Assembly (NCBI GenBank): GCA_030704615.1
Contig: CM060732.1
Location: 56,854,001-56,918,000, forward strand
Direction: 5' to 3'
DNA from: Takakia lepidozioides
Taxonomy: Eukaryota; Plantae; Bryophyta
Length of the DNA stretch: 64,000 nt
Positions 36,277 to 49,923 of the stretch are shown piece by piece. Under the pieces are notes generated by a model, which did not search any database, was not told where the DNA came from, and saw only the letters and a list, made by a program, of their open reading frames with translations. Each line of letters starts with the position of its first letter. The first letter of the stretch is position 1. A program made the translations under genes and the position numbers.

Positions 36277-38771
36277 GTGAAGGTGAGTGATGTCTTGGAT
36301 CGTGATCCTGGAAGAGCCTGGGTGGGTAAGGTGGAGAGGAGAAAGGGGGAGGTAGGCAGCGGGGCTGGTGTATGTCGGATTGTCTGGTTGTCATGAGACC
36401 AACCGGTCTTACACGAGTCTTATTACACCTAGGGATCAGCGTCGACAATTGGTAGATTTATTGCAGTTGGGGAAGTGGTCGCATTAACCATCGATAGGCA
36501 GGGATGATTCTCTAGCGAGAGAACTCAATTCTCAGAGCTTAGGGTCCATGGTGAGGGCCACAAGTCAAGCATTGATCGAGGAGAAACCACACCACTGCTT
36601 TAGGGTCGCTGCAGGGCCGCCGGTTTCAGCACCCTGGAAATTGCCTCCCTCTCTGGTACGCTCCAGAACTCAAACTCACGTAACTAGGGAGCAGGTTCTG
36701 CTTACCTTCACCCTGAATGTACAACTTAGATTGCAGCCTTGGCCCGTGCTACGTTCTTATCACGCTAGTGTCTGGTCTTCTTTCCGGATTGTGAGACATG
36801 TGACGGACTCCTACATCGGATAGGGCTTAAGTGAGATTGTCAATTTGTAGACCTCTTGAAACTCAGTTTGGTCTTGACAAGACAGATGTTTATTAGAAGC
36901 CTTCTGGAGCCCAACTCCCACCCTCCAGGGCTCAGAACAATGTGGTCTGAAGTCGGACAGGGAGTCAGCCAAATTAGTGATCCAGCTCGTAACCACTCAA
37001 CGGTCCAAATGCCACGCTAATTGGGAAGAGTCAGTTGCATTGTCACAATCTCCGGCTCTACTCTCAGAGAGGTGTCAGCAGCTGTGGAGTACGGTCCACC
37101 TTTCAGGCCTCCAAAACCTCTAAGAGTGGAAAGTGGGTTTAGGAGAGGATGAAGGACCCGACCACAGCACATTGCCGACAGGTATACACAGGAGACCTTG
37201 TACTTGTCGCTGAAGGGCTCAGTTGATACTGCCATCATACATTCTTGATTTGAATTTATGGATGATCACAATTTGGTGACGTCGTGATCATAGCAATTCA
37301 AATTATGTAGAATGGAATGCAAGCTCTTGTTTGTTCATGTGAGGCAAGTATTGAGATGTGTCAATTGTCCATGCATATACGTTTAGACGGGAAGTTGGGA
37401 AAGCTTCGCAGACACACTGAAATGACGCTGGCAAGACCACGGATCGAACGAGACAGAGAGAGAGAGTTCTAGAAAGAATTCAAAACCTTTGACACTCGCC
37501 GTTCCCTGCGGACGTTGTCCAGAACTGTGATTTACAGTACTTAGTCTGTCTTTGGATTTAACTCGGAACTGCGATAATGCTCGCTCACAAGGAGAAACGG
37601 AGAACGGAGAGAAAGAAAGAAAGGAGGATCTGAAGGACAAGAGAGCTCTAGCGAGGGAGAGAGAGGTGCTATTCACATGGAGGAGCGATGGTCAACAGAG
37701 TTGGGTTGGATTTTGTGCCCACAGCAAATCATTCTAATAAACAAGATGGGGTGGGGGTGGGGGCAGCTCTGCAATGGAAGATTCTAAAATTGACGTGTTG
37801 TACAAGAGCGGCGCGTGAGGCTGCCAGAAGACCGAAACTCCAGAGTTGCTCGGCCTATCGTGGCCAAGAAGCGTTGTGTTGCGTGTTGCATCCCTTTTCC
37901 ACAGACCCATAAATGAGAGAGGTAAGCTGTTTTTCATAATGGAGGGAAAAGTATCTACCCACGTGTTGCCTCCAGTAGGGCTATCAGGCCTTCTATCACT
38001 TGAGAAGTACCTCTCTGGAGTCTGCATACAAGCAACTGAGTGAAGAAATTTCTAAACATCGTGGTCAAGTTGAAATGAAGAAGATTGCAATCCCATCGAT
38101 CAATCTTGTGGTCCAAAAATAGTACTAAGACTCTGTCAAACAAAAAAAGTTTGTAACCCTGATTGTTTAAGATGGCTGCCCGACCTCCACAATCCCACCA
38201 GAGTCAATTGCTGCTTTTACTTACTGTACACTGCAATTCCTTAGACTGCAGAGATCATCCTGGATCGTAGATAGCCCTGGAGATCTAGATTCCAGAACAA
38301 GTTCAGCTGCACAAAGCTTAGTGTACATAGACATTGATCACCAACGGGTGAATAAGAGATTCTCCGACTTTTCTTAGTATGCTTAGCGCTTTCAAAACTA
38401 AATCCGACTTTTGGTGGGCGATTGAAAGGTGGCGCCGCAATGATATGTTTGTTGTGGTGTAGCTTCAAAAAGGTCGGAAGATTGGGTATTGAATGAGGCA
38501 GTGAAGAGGTTGTATTAAAGAGACGCGGGAAAGCTCGGCATTACTGCAGATGAGCGAGACGATTCTGCGCGTCGCACGCGATCATCCGCGCTTGCAGAGA
38601 ACACGGGATCCTTGCTTGACGAGTGTGGGTTAGGAGGCAGAGATTAAAGAGAGAAGAGAGGGATGTTTGTAATCCGAACAAGAGGAGGTCAATGTATGGA
38701 CAAACAGTGGGGTGTTTAGAGTGGGTGTTGGGGAATGCCAAAAAGGGTAGAGAGTGAGGGAGCGCCGCCAG

Positions 38772-40496
38772 ATGGTGGAGAAGACATCGTCTCTCTCCTC
38801 GAGAAGCGCAGCGCAGCTCTGGAGGATACCCAGCACGGTGGCACACAGCTCGGATGAGCTAGCGTGTGCGCAGACGTCCTCACCCTTTGCATCTCCTTAT
38901 GGAGAAGGATGGTTGGGCTGCCAGAGTGTGAGGGGAGGAGGGAAATCTCCTTCTTGCTCGCCACAAAGAGGGGAGGAGGTGTCTACATCTACCTCTTCAG
39001 TGGGGGGTGATTCAGAGAAAGGGGCGCGCAAGCGCGCGACCCCGGAGAGCGGGGAGCATTCTAGCCTCCAGGATGGATCGGGCATTTTGGGGAGTGAGCT
39101 GGCCTTTAGCCCTCAGGAGTTGGAGCCGGGGTCTGAGGGTCCTAGCAAAGACGATGACTCCCTCTCGCGGGATGAATTGAGTGAACAAGAGCTACAACAA
39201 ATTGAGGCAGCCAGCAGTACTTCTCCACCCAACTTGGGAGAAGCGCGCAAGCGGCCGAAGGGCGGTGGAGAGAAAGATACCCGACACCCAGTGTACAAAG
39301 GGGTGCGTAAGCGACCGTGGGGCATTTGGGTGACTGAAATCCGAAGACCCAAGAAAAAGACTCGCATTTGGCTTGGGTCGTTTGCAAATGCAGAGATGGC
39401 AGCCCGTGCCTATGATGCAGCTGCTCTCGCTCTCCGAGGACCAGCCGCGCTTCTCAATTTTCCTCATTATGCCTCCTCTCTGCCCCGCCCTGCAGATCTC
39501 TCAGACAAGTCCATTCAAGCCGCCGCCACTGCTGCTGCCAACGTGGGATTTTCAGAGTCCCCGCGGGGCCCGAGAGTCCCTGCTATGCGAGTGGGTTTAA
39601 GCTCTGCAGAGGGTTCATCACCGTCGAAGGTGGGCGTATCCCAGCTGCAGTCTGATCAGTCGGCCTCTGCATCTCTTGCCGGAATGCCCAGCAGTCCTCT
39701 TAGCACAGGGCTGGAAAGAAGTCCTGTATCCAATGCAGTGCCTAACTCTCCTCCGCGATCTGACTCGCAAAAACAGCTGCCTAACACGTCAAGTGGGCGT
39801 GTCTCTGCAACTCATCCAGCGCAGCGAATGAGCTCAGGTTCAGCATTGCCTTCAAGCCAGCGCAGGGCTGCGATCAGTAGTCCTACGACTAAGGCAGATA
39901 AGAGACCAGCCCGCGTTACATTGATTAATCTGAGTCCTGGGGCAAGTTCGATACGCAGTTCAGAGGCTGGATTCGTGGAACCAATCAGCAGTCCCCGGTT
40001 GAGATCTGGGGTCTCCGGGCACGAAGCAATTCCTGCCACATTGGCGACTGGAAAGGAAGGAAGGGAACCGCCATCACATGGAGGCACTATGAGTGACCAA
40101 AGTGCAACCGTCCAGTTGCCCGCTCAAAATCCCAGCGTCGTTGGACGGAGCACATGTAGCAACTTCACAGCTCATCAGCGCAATGGGCTGGACCACAGGT
40201 CCAGTGCGTCAGCTCAGCAAGGCATAACGGGGATCGAACAAAATGCAGGGAAGGGCTCGCCTTCGAACGCTGGACCTGCGGACTCAGTGCAGGGACCTGA
40301 ATCAGCGCCACAGGTTGCAGAGGAAGAACCAATGTATGTTGATGAGGATCTGATTTTTAATATGCCGAATGTGCTGGCAAGCATGTACGATGCAATGGGT
40401 CTTCCCCGCCCATTGATGGGGCATCAGGAACCAGGCAGCACAGATAGCAGTGATGAGGGTACTGCTGCTTGGGAGCCTCACTTATGGAACTATTGA
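38772..40496 (+). CDS. AP2/ERF transcription factor, DREB subfamily (TINY/CBF-like, group III), intronless, 574 aa
   Basis: AP2 domain [56 protein letters not shown], post-domain LPRP..SIQAAA, C-terminal [15 protein letters not shown] and terminal LWNY. First ATG at 38772. Confidence 0.95.
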   Translation: MVEKTSSLSSRSAAQLWRIPSTVAHSSDELACAQTSSPFASPYGEGWLGCQSVRGGGKSPSCSPQRGEEVSTSTSSVGGDSEKGARKRATPESGEHSSLQDGSGILGSELAFSPQELEPGSEGPSKDDDSLSRDELSEQELQQIEAASSTSPPNLGEARKRPKGGGEKDTRHPVYKGVRKRPWGIWVTEIRRPKKKTRIWLGSFANAEMAARAYDAAALALRGPAALLNFPHYASSLPRPADLSDKSIQAAATAAANVGFSESPRGPRVPAMRVGLSSAEGSSPSKVGVSQLQSDQSASASLAGMPSSPLSTGLERSPVSNAVPNSPPRSDSQKQLPNTSSGRVSATHPAQRMSSGSALPSSQRRAAISSPTTKADKRPARVTLINLSPGASSIRSSEAGFVEPISSPRLRSGVSGHEAIPATLATGKEGREPPSHGGTMSDQSATVQLPAQNPSVVGRSTCSNFTAHQRNGLDHRSSASAQQGITGIEQNAGKGSPSNAGPADSVQGPESAPQVAEEEPMYVDEDLIFNMPNVLASMYDAMGLPRPLMGHQEPGSTDSSDEGTAAWEPHLWNY

Positions 40497-41989
40497 GCTT
40501 AAATTTATTTGTCAACTGGGGTTGAATCTGTCACGTCGTTGCCATCTCCACTCTCTCGACCGCGCGGTTTCGATGACCTCTTGTAGCTAAAGTGGACAGC
40601 TCTGGAGTCGGACCGCTTGCTGCAATGCTGTACAACCCATATCATCGAAGGTACTTTTAACCAATCGACTTGCTATAGAAAAATCCACATGTGGATTCTC
40701 ACGTTTTTCGCTCATTGACCTGGATGATGGTCTACCGGAGCTTCTAACAGTAAGCTGCCTCCAAAATGTCTCCTCTTCATGAGCAGAATTTTTAATTCTT
40801 TTGCAGTTCAAGCGGGCGGGCTTGAAGTCAGAGGAGTCAGAGTAGTGAAGGAAATGTTGCTCATAAGGAGTGAGCTGGACTAAAGGATTGCCGGGCTACA
40901 GTTGACTGTAAAAGGACGAGGTTCAAAGGAGATTGCCAGTCATCGCTTGTATATCAGAGTGAATCTAGCTCGGAAAAAGATAACCCATAGGCCTCATGTG
41001 AGGGCACGATGATGAGTATAGCGAATATCTTTTGGTGTATATGTATGTGTAGTTTACCCTTCTGAACGCAATGCCCATTTCAAAGCTAAAAGGACTGTCA
41101 CTCCTGGCACTCCACACTGACGCTTCGTTGGAGAAGCTCTGGTAAATGGTAGGGAAGAGTTTTGTCTCCAAAAGAGGAAGTGCTGGAGCAACTCCACCAC
41201 TTGAGGTGATGGTTGGCTGGCTCGTTTCACTATCCAGCCAGCGCCCTCTTCTTTTTCTGGTCTGTCCATTGTACCAGGAAACATGTCCACGCGGCTACGC
41301 TAGTAAGCAAGGTCTAATGAGTACATCTCTTCAATTCACTCTCGTAACTTTGAGAGACTGCACAGTCAGGCATTGAATTCTGACATGGTGGAGGCTCTGC
41401 TGTCATAGAAGCTGGGGAAACTTTCTGGAGTTGAGGTCAAGCTCACCACCAGCTTGTGGGTGAAGGTGGTTTTCTTAGGTAATCCAGTCTTCCCGATCCT
41501 AATATCCGGGCACTGTAAAAATTATTAAACAAGTTTACAGCATCCACCCCTCCTGATCCTGAATGATTTATATTCATGCTCTAGAGGTTTCCAATTTCAT
41601 CATACTACACTTAGACAGCCACACCATATTTGTGCTCCTTGCACACCTTCGTTGCAGGCACTGGGAGGTTTCTGAGTGAGCTTCCTGATCTGGACGTCAG
41701 CCAAAGTTTCTTTGCTTCAAGTACTTCCTCTTGTTCCTTAAGCTCTTTGAGCTTCCCCTGCACGTTATGAAGTTGCTTTCCTTTCCTTACTTTTTTTCTC
41801 GCATCTTTCTCTCTTCTTTCTTCGAAAAATTGTATTGCCAAGCTCTTGACTAATCTGAAAAAGCAACTGTGTTTGCAGGGGTAACACCAATTAGTCGGAG
41901 ATGGAGACCAGCGGCCAGTTCAGCTCCTCGTGACCTCACTGGAATCCACTGAGAACTGCACACGCTTGTATACTAAAAATAAACGAAAG

Positions 41990-42311
41990 CTCTGATCTTC
42001 TCTCTGCAAATAGCTCCTCTATCTGTGTGGGTGCCCATGAATATCTCAGCTTGACCCTTGGCAGGTATGTCAAAACCATTCCACCGGAATCCATGAAGAA
42101 TGGTTCTACTAAACTGAACTAAAAAAGTTTCAAACACCCGGACATTTGGCCTCTGATCTTCTCTCTGCAAATAGCTCCTCTATCTGTGTGGGTGCCCATG
42201 AATATCTCAGCTTGATCCTTTTCAGGTATGTCAAAACCATTCGACCGGAATCCATGAAGAATGGTTCTACTAAACTGAACTAAAAAGGTTTCAAACACCC
42301 GGACATTTGGC
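41990..42311. repeat. 161-bp tandem duplication
   Basis: ctctgatcttctctctgcaaatagc...cccggacatttggc at 41990-42150 and 42151-42311, with about 5 substitutions. Confidence 0.95.
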
Positions 42312-43051
42312 CTGGGTCTCCATGTTTTAAAGTCTAGTTAATTGTTTGCATTAGGAGAATGTGCAGCTCGAAGTTTGTCCATGCAGTGCACATGGAAGTT
42401 TTGCACTTTAGTATGTTTCAAGCGAAGCCTTTGCTCAAATGGAATGCAGTCTTTGAAACACTCAAGATGAGCCTACCCGAGAGAAGTTTGTTTATGAAAG
42501 TTGTGTGGTCATGCAGCTGAATGTACTAGACCATGATGTATCAGTTTTCCTGTTAACCACCACCAACATGAATGCATCACACTTTGATACTATTACTTGC
42601 AAACATCCTTAGGAGGAGTGGTCAAGTAAACATCTACTCTGATTGCACAACAGTGATGGTCAATGTGGACTGATCTTATCTGGCTTATGACCACCTTCAA
42701 TCATCTTTCTGTCATTTTCCAGCGGCAATTTAATATGCCTTTGAAACTATCTTCCAACTCATAAATTCAGCCACGAAAGGCTTCATTCAATTGCCAATAT
42801 TATGCTACTTCACACTATCAAGTTCAAGTGTTAGTTACTGTGGCTGGCTCATAGCCGGAGATGGTTGGTATGTCTGTTCAGCCTGTTCTCAGGGAAGCTT
42901 GTGCTGGATTGGCAGGTTGAATGAGCCCCACACCAACACCCCCTGATTTGAAATAATGAGAGTGAATTGGTACAGAGGAGCTTGAAGCCATCACAAAATT
43001 CTCACTGGTGGCATTCTTGCTCAGAGCATATTTGTTTCTCAATTACATCGA

Positions 43052-43945
43052 CTACCTGTAATGCAGGTGCTTCACAACAAATCGTTGCACGTGGTATAGT
43101 TTCCACACACTGTTCTCAATGTCGCCAGCAATGCTAGTGATGAATTGATGGAGAGGTTCTGTTCTCTCCATCGAGATGAATAAAAATTTGTGGTAGAAGA
43201 TACTTTCAAGGGATCCCACAAAGGAGCCCACCAGGACATCCAAGAAATAATGACGGCCTAATATGATGCGGGATGTTGTGGTGGCAACGGCCCACGTGAA
43301 GACAATCCAAGCAATCAATCCTATAAGCAGATTTTCTAACACAGGCACAAAAGCTTTGAGAATTCTCACCTTTGCTTGAAACAAATCGGTAACAAATGGT
43401 ACCCAAATCCGATGAGATTGGTCCTTCCACATGGGGAGATTGAGTGAGAAAAATGTGACAACCATTAGTGCTCGTGTGGAATGCCCACTGGGGAATGACC
43501 AATGGCCATCAGAGCCGGCTATCCAATGGCCCCTGTTGTAGGATGGACGATTGCGCTTGAATATCTTCTTGATAATCCCAACACAGTTAAGATCAAACTG
43601 AAATGCCATACAGAGGTTGAAGAAGAACATGCGAACCTCAGGCGTAAGCCTCGAGGCTGGGGCCAGCCAAGTGGCCAGTGCGCAGGGAATCAAAAACGTT
43701 CCATCACCAGAAAACTCCAGTGACCTTAGAAATACGTAGAAAAATAGACCTAGCCCTTGATCATGCACCCACTGTGAAAATTTCTTATCAAATGCCACAA
43801 TTTTCTGGAGAACAGTTGGCTGCACTTCAGGTACTGCAAGAACAGGTTCAGACCTCAGGACAGGCTCAGATCTTTGGACATTTTTTTCGATTTGTTTCCT
43901 GCGCCTCCGTGATGGTGATGGTGATGATGAGGATCGCCTGCCCAT
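43052..43945 (-). CDS. PAP2-family lipid phosphate phosphatase (LPP-beta/PLPP6-like), single coding exon
   Basis: C1 KKIFKRNRP, C2 SFPSGHS, C3 SRIILGRHYFLDV and hydrophobic helices. First in-frame ATG at 43945. Confidence 0.92.
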   Translation of the reverse strand: MGRRSSSSPSPSRRRRKQIEKNVQRSEPVLRSEPVLAVPEVQPTVLQKIVAFDKKFSQWVHDQGLGLFFYVFLRSLEFSGDGTFLIPCALATWLAPASRLTPEVRMFFFNLCMAFQFDLNCVGIIKKIFKRNRPSYNRGHWIAGSDGHWSFPSGHSTRALMVVTFFSLNLPMWKDQSHRIWVPFVTDLFQAKVRILKAFVPVLENLLIGLIAWIVFTWAVATTTSRIILGRHYFLDVLVGSFVGSLESIFYHKFLFISMERTEPLHQFITSIAGDIENSVWKLYHVQRFVVKHLHYR

Positions 43946-46612
43946 GATGATGATGACAGCAGAGCTATGGAACAAGCCCTGCTACCCATAAGAAAAAACT
44001 GAAAGCACATGAGAACAATCTCCCGCACTCTGTCCCTAGGAATATGCCATGATCAGTCATACATCAACACAGTCTAACAGTTTGATGTGGGGGGAAGTGA
44101 GGGACAGGACAAGTTACGCTGCAACACCTCTTCCCTCTTTAGAAGGATAATGAGACAGAAAGACGGAAAGAGACTTCATAGCCCAATGGGCAGTCCCATG
44201 GATGTGTTAAATCTCTCTCTCTTTCTTCTTCATTTCATATGCGTCCTTATACCCACATTGGCTCCAAGAAAAATTAATCTCCCACACAATGATGCCCTCA
44301 AGAGTATGTCAAAGCCAGTGTTCACTTTGGAATGCTTCAGCCCCCCCCTGAATGCCCGAAGGTTCCACATGGAAGGCTAGAAGTTCTGGTTCAGGTGATA
44401 CATCAGAATCTGAAACCACACAACTTTCTGCAAAGAACATACTACTCCCCTAAGAAACGTATCGAGTTAAGAATTGTTAGCCTGAGTGTATATATCTTCA
44501 CCTTGTATGACTATAAGAAGGATTGAAGGACTTTCACTGAGGATAAAGCTAAGGGCCACACTGATTAGGATTACATTGCAAACAACACAAAGAAATTGTA
44601 ACCCTAAATTCCGACTTACCCCTAATTTCCTACCTTTTGCCCCTGATGGCTAGGACTTCAGTCAATTAATGGCATCATGATTATAAAAAAACCGTACAGA
44701 TGGTCCCAATGGATTTCCAACGGGGAAGACTAAACTGCCAACTTGAGGGTAGCTTGTATCAACATTTACTCTGGTGGACTAGATTATGGTTCCTACTTTT
44801 GGTGGGTTGGAAATGCCCATTTCCTAGCACCTTTCCATGTATGTCATGGCCTGCTTGAACTGCTTTCCTTTGCTCTAAAAGTTACGAGAGACAGGAACAA
44901 ACACAGAGATATATTCTGTCCTCGGAGAGCCCAGAAAAGTATGCAAGAAGCAAAACAATCAAACATCGCACTAGAAAACCAGGCCCAAATCGCTGCAGGA
45001 CGACAGAGCGCCACCTGGGTTCAAAACTAAATTCGTCTGCCAGGGATGAGCACCCTCCGAAGAGACGGCAGTATCTCCCTCTAGCATCATATACCAGGGC
45101 AGGAGACAGAGAAAGAGAAAGAGAAAGAAGCTTACAGCGCCCACACAGAGAGACGAAATACCTGTTGAAATGCAGGACGCAATTAAGGCAGTGCAACCGT
45201 TCTCCATCTTCACAGCAGGGGCTGATTCTTTAAGATGACCCATTAAGCCATGGCCTCAAAATCCCCTCATTCCAAACATGGATTGCCTATAGAGGTTCTG
45301 AGCTTCTTACAATCATCATTCACTCTCTGTATTTCTCATAAACTTAAAAGTCTCGTCTGAAACTTACACTTCAGAAACCACGCATCCAATGCCCGACTCT
45401 CACAGCCCAAGTAACCCTCCAGATGCCTTCCTGGAAACAAACACCCTCTTTGCATTGCCTTGGCTAAGCCTTCTCCTCTCTCTCCGATTTCAAAAACGCA
45501 AGCCCGCTGATGGGTTCGTTCACACAGATCTTAATCGATGCGACACTTGACCGGGTGACCGGTAGAAGCGAAGGGGCATCACTCCACTATCGTCGGTTGT
45601 TTTCGTTCATATTCCGTCGATAGTCTCGATTGAAAGTTGTTATTTCTTTGCATAGTGACTATTGGCTAGGTAATCGCTTGAAGTTACTATTTGCTTGCTA
45701 TGGCCACTGGCTATGAAATACCTTGAGGGCAGAGTTTCATAACACTTTTGAGAGAAATGTACAAAGAAGGAGAGCTTGGACAGTAAATTTGATCAAATAA
45801 AACTACCTGGCATGGCGGCTCACTATCAGGTCCTCTCCCCTAGTTGCTCCTTTAAATCTGCTTATTAATATGTTGATATCAATTTGGTTTACAGCCACAC
45901 GAGTTTCAAAGCTACAAATATTTTCACAAAAGCCTCTGGCCAAAGAGAAACACACGACTTCATGACAATGATTGGTTATAAGAGGTTGTGATGGCAAGTG
46001 TGAGTGTTCAAAGTGGTGCAGTTTAATGTATAAAGGTGAAACCAAAGATTGATTGTCCCTGCCACTTTTGTCTCCCCTTTCATTACTCCTAACATTTCAT
46101 ACTAGTTTGTGACGACACGATCGTTACAAATACATTGAAATGATTGTGGTCGTTGATCTCTTAACTCCTTTACATGTTACCATCTTGGCCATTGCCCAGT
46201 GATGGCTCCGATTCTTATCATGAGGTTTAGTGGAGCCATTTGGCTTGCTGCATGTGTCATAGGTTAAAACCCCAAGTTAGCATATAAATTAACGGATTTG
46301 TAATGCAAGGAGGTCGTGTTTTTGGTGTACAACTTGGTGTCCATTATTGTTCCAACTATACTTCCCCCATTTCTAGAGCTGCCATAGAGGAGTGCAGTAG
46401 CTGAGGCGAGTTCGATTTGAGCCTTTGGTTACTTTTTTGGTTTTATGTCTAGTAATCTACCACTGTTTGTCTAGCATTGGGTCCAACCCTAGGTATGAAT
46501 CTGATAGTAACTCAACGTCAATCTACCATACCAATAGGGTATCAGCCTGATCACAGCTATTACCCCGTCTATTACTATGTTTCCATACTATGTTTCCATA
46601 CGCAGCGCTACC

Positions 46613-46690
46613 GCACAATTCGCATTCCTTCCCCAGTTAAACCCATGCAATGCACAATTCGCATTCCTTCCCCAGTTAAACCCATGCAAT
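46613..46690. repeat. 39-bp tandem duplication (adjacent to a 13-bp duplication)
   Basis: gcacaattcgcattccttccccagttaaacccatgcaat occurs twice; tactatgtttcca occurs twice just upstream. Confidence 0.92.
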
Positions 46691-47460
46691 GCTCGAGGTT
46701 GCGCCAGTACAAAGAAAAACCGATACCTGCAATTTATTTCTGACTCTAGTGTGAATCACCTCACAATACACTATCTTAGGTTCAGGGATTTTTTATTGGA
46801 ATGAAGGGGATGATTGGTCCCAGTTTAGTAAAGGAAAATATCAAGCTTCACCACTGCCATTACCAAGTAGATTAAATGGCCAATTTCTTAGTTGGTTGTC
46901 CACGTTGGCCAATCCAAGACTCTCAAACATCTCTAATACTTGTTCCGTCGCATTGTACATGTCCAACTTTCTGTGTTCTATTTGGCCCCAAGTACAACAC
47001 CAGATCAGATGACCCATTGGGAGTTTGGCACGCTGCTGCACTCACTGAAATCTCAAGCGGCAATCTCCTTCGAAGGAAAGTATTTGGAGGTGGTTTCTAT
47101 TTCCGTGACAGCTTCTATATTTTGAATTCAGAAGCCTCCATAAGACTCTTCAGGGACACTTGGACTTGAGTTGAGAGGCACAGTGTTTGTCACTATGAAC
47201 ATTAGGCCCCTGGTATGAGAGTCCAAATCAACCAAAAGCCACACATACAAACACTCAGCCAGGAACACATGAAGTTGTTCAGAATGTGACAAGGAGATGT
47301 AAGAGGCACACACCCACACTGGATTCAAGGACGTCGATAAGTTCCACTTTCCAGCAGCTACCAACATAGGTGCACAAAAAGGAAAAACTTCACAGGCAAC
47401 GTGCCACTCATACTAGGCTCCCTAGATTTTAACAGGACCAGGTTGCAATAGATGCGACAC

Positions 47461-49923
47461 CTAATCAAACAGACTAAATCCCATGTCATCATCCGACTCG
47501 TCTTCTTTCTCCTTTTCTTCCTCCTTTTCGGATTCTTCTGCCGCTGGTGCAGATGAGGTCTCCGTGGCAGATGCAGTGACTGCCACTGCAAACTTGGTGG
47601 GATCCTGGAGTAGAAAGAACAGATTGTGATGAAGGTAGGATCATGGTGCTCTTGATAACCCTTTGAATGCACTATTTGCGTTAGTCAGAAACTGCTATGA
47701 GTTCACACCTATGAAGCACAAGAAAATGCTAAATACAGGCTGACAGGAACATGCAACAGAGAGTAGATACAAACAAAAGACAAGCACCAGGTGGGCAAAG
47801 TACACAATAAAGAACAGAAGAGTGGACATATAACCTTGAGGTACTCCTTGACTGAGTCAGCCTGCGGAAATGAATACTCGGTCTCCACAGCCACAGCCAG
47901 CACATTCTTGTAGGCATTGACAAAGAAGTGGGGGGCAGCAGCAAGAGTTGGGTAACCTATGCCCAAAGAAAGGGCTGCCACTGTGGAGATTCCAGCAGCA
48001 AACTTTGCCACCAGGTCCTCCTCCGTCAGATCCAGAACAGTAGGATCAAAAGCGGAGCCACTGTCATACACCATCTGAACAACAAGCCCATACGAAAATG
48101 GGCGGATACCCAGCTTGGCCAACAATGCAGCTTCTGAAGAACCAACCTTCTCTCCCTTCCGAATCAGTTCTACTGGGGCAATAATCTCAACCGTCCCCTT
48201 GTTAATCTTGGTTGGAATATTGAGCACCTGAGTTGGAACACCAACACAATATTTGATAAGCCATGTGTGCAGTGACATGTTGGACTGACTTCAAAGAACA
48301 TCTAAGAATCAGTGCCAACAATGAAAGGCTTCCGAATAAAAGTCAAAGAAACTTCACGTCCATTGACTGTGGCAAAGATGTGACTATCCATCCCATTCCA
48401 AGGTATACTCCTTTGTTTGACCATAAACCACATAAGCCAAACCAACCAGTTATACCTAGTTGTACAAGCAGAATGATATTGATAAAACAATGGAGGACAA
48501 GGATCTAACCTGGAAGAAAGAAGTCTGGGAGGGGTCCAACCCTGTGTTTCCAGGGGGAACCACCACATCAATGGGTGCCACCAGTCCAACACGGGCAGGT
48601 GCTCCAACCTGCCATAACAGATGAAATTCACATTAAGCAAATATTTGCATTCAAACTGCTAAGTAGACACAAGGGCCCACAGAGGCTGGAGCTGCCTACA
48701 GTAAGGAACCTTACTTCTTGCAGGGTTGTTGTTGATTAAGCACATGAAGCGGGCCTAATCATGAAGCTCCTCCGGATGATGGGGCGCTCAGCTATCACTA
48801 GGCAATAGATCAGCTTAGATTATGATTCTCAGCTGTGGCAAAGCTTGACATGTGTCCCTACACAGTGGGAACAAGGACAAATATTATTTTATAGCAGGTG
48901 GAGATGCCAAACTTCTTCTTAGGAGATCTACTCTCTTAAATCCCTCTCTGACACCTACACGCAGAAGTTTTGCAACTCTGCAATGAAGTCCAATCAAACG
49001 ACAAATCATTTAGCATTTACCTTGTATTTAGCAACCTCCTCCCGAACTTCCTTCAGGTCGCCCTTGGTAAATATCAGCCCAACATTACCCTGCCAGCACC
49101 CTTATCACAAGCTATCACCAGATGCTACTCCCACACAACAAGCATGCACAAGTGCCAGCACTTAAGAGAAATTGACAATCTCCTTCATACGGGTACAATA
49201 TTGGAAACTATAACACAAGTGTACCCATTCCATTGCTTCCATTAGCATCTTGATTTTTGGCAGCTGTGATATGCACAACCAAAACAATAACATGCCAGAG
49301 ATTCATATCATTACAAGTGAAACGATCCGTGACAAAGAGGACAAGCACAAAGGCTCTGGGCTTGCCATACTGCAAGAATTGCACATCTAAGTTGCACAGA
49401 ACCACATGGCTGCTCAGACATGATTTAGTGTTGGAACGGATATATTTCTTCAGCGCCCTAGTACAAGGGCTCAAAGCGAGCTGGGATTATCCGGGTCATC
49501 ATCGCAGCTTCCTGAAATACAATAAAGGTATGCGAAGGTAGCCAAGTACTCAAGAAAGGCAACTTTAAGTCTCCGGCGACAAATTCAGATAATATACACT
49601 CGTATAATATCGCCATGGCCTTTTCAAGCCGAACATGCACAGGGCTCGAAGCTTGCTGAACCTACCACAAGAAGAGGAAGAAGGTTGAGGTAGGCGTCGT
49701 TGCCGGTCTTCTCAGCCTGAATACGGATGGACCGCTTCATCATGGTGTTCTTCCCCATCAGCACCACCGACTCGGGCCTCAAGCCCCTGCGAATCCCCTG
49801 CAGCTGCGTGGACCCCACATTGTCAGCCGCGCACACCAACACCTGCGAGAACTCCTCCAGCAGATCACACAGCTTCTTGTCATAGGCAACCTTCTTCTCT
49901 TGCTTGGTGCCCTTGAACCCCAT
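47461..49923 (-). CDS. RPP0: 60S acidic ribosomal protein P0 (uL10), 5 exons, 320 aa
   Basis: Exons 49923-49666, 49089-49021, 48608-48510, 48227-47835 and 47604-47461, all GT-AG and in frame. Motifs [48 protein letters not shown] and C-terminal [12 protein letters not shown]. Confidence 0.98.

Noticed and set aside
48609-49020. Intronic snoRNA in RPP0
   Set aside because: No convincing C/D or H/ACA box arrangement was seen on the sense strand.
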